Shown piece by piece: positions 28,389 through 41,031 of a stretch of DNA of 64,000 nt. The notes beneath the pieces are model-generated. The model had not been told where the DNA came from. It ran no database searches and was given only the letters and a program-made list of their open reading frames with translations. The stretch's first letter is position 1, and each line of letters opens with the position of its first letter. Position numbers and translations under genes: made by a program. This DNA comes from Eledone cirrhosa (taxonomy: Eukaryota): NCBI GenBank assembly GCA_964016885.1, contig OZ024741.1, positions 48,050,001 through 48,114,000 of the forward strand. Direction: 5' to 3'.

Positions 28389-29660
28389 GTGTGTAGGAAA
28401 GGCGTAGGTAGAAACTCCATTTTATGTCCCAAATGCAAAGTATGGGTGCACAAAAGATGTAGTGGGATCACAGGTAAGCTCACTAAGAACATAGATTTTA
28501 CATGTGGCCGGTGCTCTGGTGCAATAAGTAGCAGCAAGTGCCCACAAAATACTAGCTCTTTCAATTGCGCAGAGGGTTCTATAGAAATAGTGGACAGCTT
28601 CCGTTACCTGGGTGACAAAATCATCAGTGGGGGAGGGTGCTCTGAAAGTACAGTAGCTAGAGTCAGAACTGGATGGAAAAAGTTCAGAGAGCTTATACCA
28701 CTATTAGCCGCTAGAGGGTTCTCCCTAAAAATAAAAGGCAGGTTATACGATGCCTGCATACGAACAGCAATGCTGCATGGCAGTGAGACCTGGGCATTGT
28801 GTGCAGAGGATATACGCAGACTAGAGAGGAACGAAGCTTGCATGCTCCGCTGGATGTGCAATAGTAATATACGTGAACGGCTAAGCATAACCGAACTAAG
28901 GAAAAAATTAGAAATAAGAGGGATCAGATGTTGTTTACTCGAGAGAAGGCTACGTTGGTACGGTCACGTGATGCGCATGAAAGACGACAGCTGTATAACA
29001 AAGTGCAGGGCAATAAAGATAGACGGTAGCCACGGAGTAGGCAGACCCAGAAAAACCTGGGACGACATGATAAATTCCGACCTCACACGCTTACACCTCT
29101 CCAAGACAATGTCACTGGACCGAGACCTTTGGTGGTACTCAGTAATAGAGAAGACCCGCCTTACCTAAATACAAAGTAAAAACCTACTACAGTCAGTAGG
29201 CATCTCTATCAAAACACACCACCCCCACCCCATCCACACCGCCCCTTTCAATGTAAAGTTATGTTGGTGCCACAACATCCAGGCCAAAACAAATGAGATC
29301 ATGTAGGTGTCACGACAAAAAACACACAGTCCACGCTGTAAATGTGGCCGTGTAGGCAACACGGTAAAAACCTCCCAGACCCACACTGTAAATGTGGTTG
29401 GTGTTAGGAAGGGCATCCAGCTGTAGAAAACCCGCCAGACAGTCCACGCTGTAATGTGGCCGTGTAGGCAACACGGTAAAAACCTCCCAGCCCCACACTG
29501 TAAATGTGGTTGGTGTTAGGAAGGGCATCCAGCTGTAGAAAACCCGCCAGACAGTCCTATGCGAGCAAGACAACCACTCTTGCCTCAAGTGGGAAAACCC
29601 CCATCCAAACCCATGCAAGCGTAGAACACGGACGCTAAACCTTGATGATGATGATGATGA
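28388..29660 (+). mobile_element. RTE-A LINE 3' fragment with about 115-bp tandem duplication in the 3' UTR
   Basis: ORF 28359..29168 matches the RTE-A C-terminus; (GAT)n tail. Confidence 0.9.
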
Positions 29661-29719
29661 TATATATATAAAAATATAATTTATATATATATATATATAT
29701 ATAAAATCATATATATAAA

Positions 29720-29900
29720 TGCAGTTGGGTCGGGTGACCGTGTCTAGCTCATATAGGACTGTTTCTGGCTTGTTTCCTACGGTTGGATGCCCTTTCTAGT
29801 ACCAACCACATTTTCAATGTGTGCTGGGTGCTTTTTACTGTGTCTTTTACATGACCACTTTACAGTGTTGGCTTTTTGTTTTGTGGTACCAACAACACAT
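29720..29900 (-). mobile_element. Degenerate RTE-tail-derived repeat (others at 30720-30980, 44990-45150, 47345-47550, 58530-58620, 63100-63680)
   Basis: Shares GGATGCCCTTCCTAACACCAACC-like and CATGCTAGCATGG-like motifs with the RTE 3' UTR. Confidence 0.55.
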
Positions 29901-30179
29901 ACACACACACCTTTATATATATATAAAGAAATATTTCTTTGTAGACGCTAATACGTTTGTGTGAGTTTACGTCTACATACTTTTTAGTATATGTGCGTAG
30001 TTGATTGTGTGTATGTTTACGTTCTGGATATTTATATTTTTATTCTTATATATATGTATATATATATATTTTTTATTTTTTTCCCCTATTTCCTTTTTGC
30101 CAGTTTTTTTCGGCCTCACTTTCATATTTCCTAAATTTTATTTTCAAATCCATATTTAATAAAAACACCATGTTTTTTA

Positions 30180-30240
30180 TTCATTCTGACGACTGAAGAC
30201 AGATACAACATCTGTCTTCAAGAAACCACTGGTAAATGAA
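30180..30240 (+). ncRNA. Hammerhead ribozyme family C, copy with a different stem II
   Basis: TTCATT-CTGACGA-C-TGAAGACAGAT/ATCTGTCTTCA-A-GAAACC-ACT-GGTA-AATGAA. Confidence 0.85.
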
Positions 30241-30411
30241 ATAATTATCTTATGTTGTTTATTACATAACTATATATATATATTTATTCTATTATATATT
30301 TCAATATAAATATATATATATATATATATATACATATATATTTATTCTATTATATATTTCAATATAAATATATATATATACAACTATACTCTGTGTGTGT
30401 GTGTATATATC

Positions 30412-30453
<42 letters not shown>

Positions 30454-30536
30454 ACTATACTGTGTATATATATATATATATATATATATTGGAAAATGTA
30501 TGAAATCCTTGGTACAGTTAGGTATATTTGAAAAAA

Positions 30537-30716
30537 TATATATATTTGAAAAAAGGAAAAGAATGACTTCACTTGTAGTTCTAAACAAATTAATTTTATA
30601 ATATTACAATCTTACAATTTTGCTTTATAGAACTAGATCTACATAGTAATATTATAAAATTAAATTGTTTAGAACTACAAGTGAAGTCATTTGTTTCCTT
30701 TTTTCAAATATATATA
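30537..30716. repeat. Inverted repeat (about 70-bp arms)
   Basis: ATGACTTCACTTGTAGTTCTAAACAA vs TTGTTTAGAACTACAAGTGAAGTCAT. Confidence 0.8.
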
Positions 30717-31544
30717 CATTTTAATGTCCATTTTTCCATGTTAGCATGGGTTAGATGAGTTGTCCTGTTGTGAGATAAGTCAGATTAGATGACTTGTTTT
30801 GCTCAGACAGAACCGATTCTAGCTTGGCTTCTACAGCTGGATACCATTCCTAATGCCAACCACAATTACAGTGTGGACTGGGAGCTTTTTGTCATGTCGC
30901 CAACACGACTACTTTACAGTGTGGAGAGGGGGCTTTTTTGTCATGTCACCAAAACAACCACTTTCCAGTGTGCTTTTTATTGTATCTCTTCCATAATCTA
31001 TCACCCATTAATAGATGCCTTTGATTATATAAAAAAATCAAGTAATTACTTTTATCGTTTGTGTAAGATAATTAAAATATCGATTGATGAGTGTTTTAAC
31101 ATATGAAATATTTAATAGAAAAATAAGATGAGTTTTTCAGAGATAATATTTAAATGATCAATAAAGGAAGAATTCATTTCTCTTTGTATCACAAAAGATA
31201 GGATCATCATCATCATCATCATCATATATATATCTTAAATATTCTAGTTATTCAGCAAATTTCTGGTTTTATATTTCATCTGTAACAAATTTTTTATGGA
31301 ACTTGGATTCACATAATCCTCACCAGCATTGTGTGTGTGTGTGTGTGTGTACATATATGTGTGTGTGGATTACCCTCACAATACCATCTCTCAACATCAC
31401 AACCTCTCCTACTATCATCATCACCACCACCCTTATCACCAATCAACATCACTCCCACATCATTATCATCCCTATCATCACCATCAACATCATGACCATC
31501 ACCATCAACACAATCATCATCAACACTTGCTAACACCACCACTA

Positions 31545-34500
31545 CTACCATCAACACTATCCTCACCATCAGGAACATCACTACCACCATCCCCACCATC
31601 AGGAACATCACTACCACTATCCCCACCATCAGGAACATCACCACAACAACCACCACCACCATCCCCACCATCAGGAACACCACCACCACCATCCCCACCA
31701 TCAGGAACATCACTACAACAACCACCACCACCATCCCCACCATCAGGAACATCACTACCACTATCCCCACCATCAGGAACATCACTACCACTATCCTCAC
31801 CATCAGGAACATCACCACAACAACCACCACCACTATCCCCACCATCAGGAACACCACCACCACCATCCCCACCATCAGGAACATCACTACCACTATCCCC
31901 ACCATCAGGAACATCACCACAACAACCACCACCACCATCCCCACCAGCAGGAACATCACTACCACTATCCCCACCATCAGGAACATCACCACAACCACCA
32001 CCACCACCATCCCCACCATCAGGAACATCACTACAACCACCACCACCACTATCCCCACCATCAGGAACATCACTACAACCACCACCACCACCATCCCCAC
32101 CATCAGGAACATCACTACAACCACCACCACCACCATCCCCACCATCAGGAACATCACTACAACCACCACCACCACCATCCCCACCATCAAGAACATCACT
32201 ACAACCACCACCACCACCATCCCCACCATCAGGAACATCACCACAACAACCACCACCACCATCCCCACCATCAGGAACATCACCACAACCACCACCACCA
32301 CCACCATCCCCACCATCAGGAACATCACCACAACCACCACCACCACCATCCCCACCATCAGGAACATCACTACAACCACCACCACCATCCCCACCATCAG
32401 GAACATCACCACAACCACCACCATCCCCACCATCAGGAACATCACCACAACCACCACCACCACCATCCCCACCATCAGGAACATCACCACAACCACCACC
32501 ACCACCATCCCCACCATCAGGAACATCACTACAACCACCACCACCACCATCCCCACCATCAGGAACATCATCACAACCACCACCACCACCATCAGGAACA
32601 TCACCACAACCACCACCACCACCATCCCCACCATCAGGAACATCACTACAACCACCACCACCACCATCCCCACCATCAGGAACATCACTACAACCACCAC
32701 CACTACTATCCCCACCATCAGGAACATCACTACAACCACCACCACCACCATCCCCACCATCAGGAACATCACTACAACCACCACCACCACCATCCCCACC
32801 ATCAGGAACATCACCACAACAACCACCACAACCACCACCACCACCATCCCCACCATCAGGAACATCACCACAACCACCACCACCACCATCCCCACCATCA
32901 GGAACATCACTACAACCACCACCACCACCATCCTCACCATCAGGAACATCACCACAACCACCACCACCACCATCCCCACCACCAGGAACATCACTACAAC
33001 CACCACCACCACCATCCCCACCATCAGGAACATCACCACAACAACCACCACCACCATCCCCACCATCAGGAACATCACCACCACCACCACCATCCCCACC
33101 ATCAGGAACATCACCACAACCACCACCACCACCATCCCCACCATCAGGAACATCACTACAACCACAACCATCCCCACCATCAGGAACATCACCACAACCA
33201 CCACCACCACCATCCCCACCATCAGGAACATCACCACAACCACCACCACCACCACTATCCCCACCATCAGGAACATCACCACAACCACCACCACCACCAC
33301 TATCCCCACCATCAGGAACATCACTACCACTATCCCCACCATCAGGAACATCACCACAACCACCACCACCACCATCCCCACCATCCCCACCATCAGGAAC
33401 ATCACTACAACCACCACCACCACCATCCCCACCATCCCCACCATCAGGAACATCACTACAACAACCACCACCACCATCCCCACCATCCGCACCATCAGGA
33501 ACATCACCACAACCACCACCACCACCATCCCCACCATCCCCACCATCAGGAACATCACTACAACAACCACCACCACCATCCCCACCATCCCCACCATCAG
33601 GAACATCACCACAACCACCACCACCACCATCCCCACCATCCCCACCATCAGGAACATCACCACAACCACCACCACCACCACCATCCCCACCATCCCCACC
33701 ATCAGGAACATCACTACAACCACCACCACCACCATCCCCACCATCCCCACCATCAGGAACATCACTACAACCACCACCACCACCATCCCCACCATCCCCA
33801 CCATCAGGAACATCACTACAACAACCACCACCACCATCCCCACCATCAGGAACATCACCACAACCACCACCACCACCATCCCCACCATCCCCACCATCAG
33901 GAACATCACCACAACCACCACCACCACCATCCCCACCATCAGGAACATCACCACAACCACCACCACCACCATCCCCACCATCAGGAACATCACCACAACC
34001 ACCACCACCACCATCCCCACCATCAGGAACATCACTACCACCATCCCCACCATCAGGAACATCACCACAACCACCACCACCACCATCCCCACCATCAGGA
34101 ACATCACTACCACCATCCCCACCATCAGGAACATCACTACCACCATCCCCACCATCAGGAACATCACCACAACCACCACCACCACCATCCCCACCATCAG
34201 GAACATCACTACAACCACCACCACCACCATCCCCACCATCAGGAACATCATCACAACCACCACCACCACCATCAGGAACATCACCACAACCACCACCACC
34301 ACCATCCCCACCATCAGGAACATCACTACAACCACCACCACCACCATCCCCACCATCAGGAACATCACTACAACCACCACCACTACTATCCCCACCATCA
34401 GGAACATCACTACAACCACCACCACCACCATCCCCACCATCAGGAACATCACTACAACCACCACCACCACCATCCCCACCATCAGGAACATCACCACAAC

Positions 34501-37390
34501 AACCACCACAACCACCACCACCACCATCCCCACCATCAGGAACATCACTACAACCACCACCACCACCATCCCCACCATCAGGAACATCACCACAACAACC
34601 ACCACAACCACCACCACCACCATCCCCACCATCAGGAACATCACCACAACCACCACCACCACCATCCCCACCATCAGGAACATCACTACAACCACCACCA
34701 CCACCATCCTCACCATCAGGAACATCACCACAACCACCACCACCACCATCCCCACCACCAGGAACATCACTACAACCACCACCACCACCATCCCCACCAT
34801 CAGGAACATCACCACAACAACCACCACCACCATCCCCACCATCAGGAACATCACCACAACCACCACCACCACCATCCCCACCATCAGGAACATCACCACA
34901 ACCACCACCACCACCATCCCCACCATCAGGAACATCACTACAACCACAACCATCCCCACCATCAGGAACATCACCACAACCACCACCACCACCATCCCCA
35001 CCATCAGGAACATCACCACAACCACCACCACCACCACTATCCCCACCATCAGGAACATCACCACAACCACCACCACCACCACTATCCCCACCATCAGGAA
35101 CATCACTACCACTATCCCCACCATCAGGAACATCACCACAACCACCACCACCACCATCCCCACCATCCCCACCATCAGGAACATCACTACAACCACCACC
35201 ACCACCATCCCCACCATCCCCACCATCAGGAACATCACTACAACAACCACCACCACCATCCCCACCATCCCCACCATCAGGAACATCACCACAACCACCA
35301 CCACCACCATCCCCACCATCCCCACCATCAGGAACATCACTACAACAACCACCACCACCATCCCCACCATCCCCACCATCAGGAACATCACCACAACCAC
35401 CACCACCACCATCCCCACCATCCCCACCATCAGGAACATCACCACAACCACCACCACCACCATCCCCACCATCCCCACCATCAGGAACATCACTACAACC
35501 ACCACCACCACCATCCCCACCATCCCCACCATCAGGAACATCACTACAACCACCACCACCACCATCCCCACCATCCCCACCATCAGGAACATCACTACAA
35601 CAACCACCACCACCATCCCCACCATCAGGAACATCACCACAACCACCACCACCACCATCCCCACCATCCCCACCATCAGGAACATCACCACAACCACCAC
35701 CACCACCATCCCCACCATCAGGAACATCACCACAACCACCACCACCACCATCCCCACCATCAGGAACATCACCACAACCACCACCACCACCATCCCCACC
35801 ATCAGGAACATCACTACCACCATCCCCACCATCAGGAACATCACCACAACCACCACCACCACCATCCCCACCATCAGGAACATCACTACCACCATCCCCA
35901 CCATCAGGAACATCACTACCACCATCCCCACCATCAGGAACATCACCACAACCACCACCACCACCATCCCCACCATCAGGAACATCACCACAACCACCAC
36001 CACCACCATCCCCACCATCAGGAACATCACTACAACCACCACCACCACCATCCCCACCATCAGGAACATCACAACCACCACCACCACCATCCTCACCATC
36101 AGGAACCTCACCACAACCACCACCACCACCATCCCCACCATCAGGAACATCACTACAACCACCACCACCACCATCCTCACCATCAGGAACAATACTACCA
36201 CCATCCCCACCATCAGGAACATCACTACAACCACCACCACCACCATCCCCACCATCAGGAACATCACAACCACCACCACCACCATCCTCACCATCAGGAA
36301 CCTCACCACAACAACCACCACCACCATCCCCACCATCAGGAACATCACTACAACCACCACCACCACCATCCCCACCATCAGGAACATCACCACAACCATC
36401 ACTACCACTATCCCCACCATCAGGAACATCACCACAACCACCACCACCACCATCCCCACCATCAGGAACATCACCACAACAACCACCACCACCATCCCCA
36501 CCATCAGGAACATCACCACAACCACCACCACCACCATCCCCACCATCAGGAACATCACCACAACCACCACCACCACCATCCCCACCATCAGGAACATCAC
36601 CACAACCACCACCACCACCATCCCCATCATCAGGAACATCACTACAACCACCACCACCACCATCCTCACCATCAGGAACATCACTACAACCACCACCACC
36701 ACCATCCCCACCATCAGGAACATCACCACAACCACCACCACCACCATCCCCACCATCAGGAACATCACTACAACCACCACCATCCCCACCATCAGGAACA
36801 TCACTACAACCACCACCATCCCCACCATCAGGAACATCACTACAACCACCACCACCACCATCCTCACCATCAGGAACATCACCACAACCACCACCACCAC
36901 CATCCCCACCATCAGGAACATCACCACAACCACCACCACCACCATCCCCACCATCAGGAACATCACTACAACCACCACCACCACCATCCCCACCATCAGG
37001 AACATCACTACAACAACCACCATCACTATCCCCACCATCAGGAACATCACTACAACCACCACCACCACCACCATCCCCACCATCAGGAACATCACTACAA
37101 CCACCACCACCACCACCATCCCCACCATCAGGAACATCACTACAACCACCACCACCATCCCCACCATCAGGAACATCACCACAACAACCACCACCACCAT
37201 CCCCACCATCAGGAACATCACCACAACAACCACCACCACCATCCCCACCATCAGGAACATCACTACCACTATCCCCACCATCAGGAACATCACTACAACC
37301 ACCACCACTACTATCCCCACAATTAGAACATCACCATCACCAACACCACCACCACCACCACCCTCACCATCAGGAACACCAACACCAATG
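31545..37390. repeat. 5.8-kb triplet-based minisatellite (about 42-bp unit CATCAGGAACATCACCACAACCACCACCACCACCATCCCCAC) with higher-order duplication
   Basis: Over 100 units varying in 3-nt steps; grades into (CAT)/(CAC) simple repeats at both ends. Confidence 0.95.
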
Positions 37391-38049
37391 ATATCACTAA
37401 CAATGTTCTTACCCTACCCAATAGTAAATACTATGAATTGTTATTTTAGTTGTCAAGATTCTTCTGAATTCTGTCTGTGTGGAGTGGTAGATGTTGTATT
37501 GTGTTATCATGATAGAAGATTCTACTTAGATATTCCGACTAAAGGAGAAAGAAAAATCAATACAAAATCAAAATAATGGTAAGGAAGTGATACTTGAATA
37601 TAATCTTCTTATGTCATTATGGTAAAATAGCCATAAACATCTTTGATAATGATCTGTTTCATCTACCTGATATTACTGAATGAAGTTCAGAGAAATATCA
37701 TGCTACAGTATTGATCTTTATCAATACATTTAACGTAAATAAGCATCACTTATTTCAATAACAGACTAGACTGTTCTTGATCACTAACTGTGATATAGGT
37801 ATGATGTATGATGTATGATTAAATTCAAAACAGAAGCTCTTGAAAATAAATCTACCCTGGGAGTTATATTTCTTGCAATAATACTGACTGTCAGTTAAAT
37901 AGATGGCTTCTTTGTCTTTACAAAAAGTGTCAGTAGTCAACAATAGATATCAACAAACACATTTCTGTTTTTAATGCATAGCGTTAAGTAAATACCTTTT
38001 ATGTCTTGATTTCTATAGATAAAAAAAATCTTTGTGAGAAATCATGAAA

Positions 38050-38310
38050 ATGTTGCATGGTTTTCAGTCAGCCATTTTCATTATTTTGAGAAACCATGGT
38101 TTTTAGTCAAACATTTTCAAAAATATATTGAAAAACCCATGGTTTTTAGTTAGCCATTTAAAATATTTAGGGGGGGGGGGGTTCTAAATATGGTTTTCAG
38201 TTAGCATTTTTAATATTTTGAAAAAGACTCATGGTTTTCAAACATTTTCAATATTTTGTGTGTGTGGTGGGGGATGGTTTTTAGTCAGACATTGTCAATA
38301 ATATTTTGAA
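38050..38310. repeat. Degenerate about 40-bp tandem repeat
   Basis: Recurrent CATGGTTTT(C/T)AGT..CATTTT. Confidence 0.7.
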
Positions 38311-39104
38311 CGATCTAGCTTCACAGTACATGCATGGATGTTTAGTATTTCATATAGTCTGGTTATTCTGTTAAACATTACAATAAAAATAATTTCTTTC
38401 ATAAGCCATAAGCATCAACAAGGGCGAAGCATGTATGTGGCTTCTGTAGCTAATAAGTGATAAATATACTTCAAGATAGAATGCTAGTAGCTGATACTCT
38501 GTGCATCTGGTTTAGAATAAATACACTCTTCTATAATCTAGGGAGTTATGGCTAAAACTGACTGTAAAATCTATGAACTAATTGCATTTTGTTGTTTGGA
38601 TAAAAATAAACATTGATATATTATACATATAATAGAGGTAATTGAGTCTGCATAAATGTGTATATAAATTTACACATTGTTACAAATTGTTACAAATGTG
38701 TATATAAATTTACACATTGAGACATGAAAACATGCCAAATATACATATTTCACTGTAAATTAAAAATAGGATAAATACCTTTAACTGGATTCTCAAGCCT
38801 AGTTTGGATTTCATTTGAAATTGTCTAAACAAACACAAGCAGAAACAAAGAAATTCTCTCCTGAAGTGAAGAGTAAATTGTATGATGCTTATGTATGAAG
38901 TGGGATGTTGCAAAGTAATGGAATATAGATACTGAATGCAGAGGCCATATGAAGGCTGGAAATAAATGAAGAGTGCAGGCACTGCTAGGTAATAAATAAC
39001 CATGATAAATGGCAAGAGGCTTTGCTTGAGAAGATCAATCTAACTTACGCAAGCATGAAAAGCGTATGTAAATATGATATTTCTTTGGCTCCCTTCAGTT
39101 ATGG

Positions 39105-39330
39105 CTGACTATGGGCCGCATCCTTGTTGAATTGGGAGAGCATTGGACAAAACGCTTTCCGGCATTTTGTTACGACTTTCTATCTTCTGAGTTCAAATTC
39201 CAATGAGGTTGTCTTTGCTTGTCATCCTTTCGGGGTCGATAAAATAAAGTCTCAGTAAAGTACTGGGGTCAACTCAAATTGACTTTCCCCTTCCCACAAT
39301 CACTGGCCTTGCCCCAAAATAAGAAACCGG
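39105..39330 (+). mobile_element. tRNA-derived SINE
   Basis: B-box-like GAGTTCAAATTCC followed by the conserved CATCCTTTCGGGGTCGATAAAATAAAGT block. Confidence 0.7.
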
Positions 39331-40324
39331 TATTTTTTTAGAAAACATTTAGGAACAGTGTGGGAGTAGTTGAGAGATGCAGATTAAGTGTAATAGCATC
39401 AAAAGTCAAGTCTGCAGCCTTTTATTGTTAATTCCTAATTCACATTACCACATTTAAGAACGGCACAATTTTTATACATTTTAATCTCCTTTACCCTATA
39501 AATTTGTGATAAGCCTATATAAGAAGTCAATGTTAGCTCCTGCGGATTACTAGTTAAGCCTAGTTTACTTACATCATGGATGTAGCATTTCAAAACTATG
39601 GGCTCCTTACTGCTGTTACTCATATCAGCTGAGTACTGGAGCAACATGAAATAAAGTGTTTTGCTCAAGAACACAACACAGCAGCCTATCCAGGAATTGA
39701 ACCGACGACATATGAAGGCGCATGGCCTAATGGTTAGGATGCTTGCCGTACAATCGTAAATATTAATATATTAAAAGCTCTGAGTAAGTATATATATATA
39801 TATATATATTTGTCTACTAATTAGCAGACATTTTGATAACTTTAGCTATGATATTGTTATTATTTATCTAGTGATCAGAAAGTTATCTATTATGATAGCA
39901 TAATTAAGCAGTACAAGTACTTGTATGAACTTTGGTAAGTAACTGCCTAGAGAAATATATTTAGTACAAATCTAATCGTAGTAGTAGTAATAGTATTAAC
40001 AGTAGTGAATAATCATTATTTGTCTGAGAATATTTTGAATTCTTAACTTCCACTTGAGAAAAAACAACTGTCATGTATTATTAACTAAAAGTGAAGATAT
40101 TGAATCTGTGAGGTGGAGTGGCAGTTTCAGCGTGTCTCCCTCACCATCCTCCGGGGCAGTGCATTTTCCATCCTGTCGGCCAGGACCCAGAGGTTAGTTG
40201 GTGTTGGAGGATACTTGTTCAGACGTCACTTCTACAATTAAAGTATATTTACATTTATACAACTGAACCTCAATGTTAAAACAACTTTCATATAGAGAGA
40301 TATAACATGAAAATGTGTTTCATT

Positions 40325-40930
40325 CTGAGTGATAGTTGTTTCTACTTTTGGCACAAGGCCAGCAATTACCCTAGTGCTCTATTTTATCGACCCCGTAAGG
40401 ATGAAAGGCAAAGTTAACCTCGGCAGGATTTGAACTCAGTCGGTAAAATAAAGTACCAGTAATGCATTGAGGTTGATTTAATAGACTTTCCTCTCCCCTA
40501 AAATGGTTAGCCTAGTGCCTAAGTCAGAAACCATTATATTGGCAGAGAGCAGTGGATTGGAAGTATCAGAGCGACGGACATCCTGCTTTGCAGCATAGTT
40601 ACGGCACTTTACGTTCTGATTACAAATCCTGCCGAGGTTAGCTTTGCCTTTTATCCTTAGAGGGTCAATAAAATAAAGTACCAGTCACACACTGGGGTCA
40701 ATATAATCGACTCAACCCATCCTCAATTGCTGGCCTTGTGCTTAAATCACAAACACTTGTTTGGTATAGCATCAGACCAATACTTAGCAGTATTTATTCT
40801 GGCTCTTTAACTTCAAATCCTTCTGTAGTCAACTTTGCCTTTTATCCTTCTGGCATTGATAAAATGAAATACCTGTAAAGGAACTGGGATCAAAACAATC
40901 GACTTTGCCCTCCTCCCAAATTAGAAACCA
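40325..40930. mobile_element. Cluster of 3-4 copies or fragments of the same SINE in both orientations
   Basis: TCGACCCCGTAAGGATGAAAGGCAAAG (-) and CTTTGCCTTTTATCCTT..ATAAAAT (+) repeated. Confidence 0.7.
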
Positions 40931-41031
40931 TTATACATATTGCATACAAAGCTCTACTCTGCTCGGCATTGAATCTGTTTTCTTCTCTTTATTACTACAT
41001 TCTGCCCTGAATGAGTTACCGTATATATTTG

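Noticed and set aside
31545-37390. CRISPR-like array (constant CATCAGGAACATCAC plus variable part)
   Set aside because: The variable parts are CAC-run length variants, not unique spacers; eukaryotic context and no cas genes
31309-37391. 2003-aa and 2020-aa ORFs as genes
   Set aside because: Openness follows from triplet repeat composition; no start context, domain or splice evidence, so kept only as a low-probability finding
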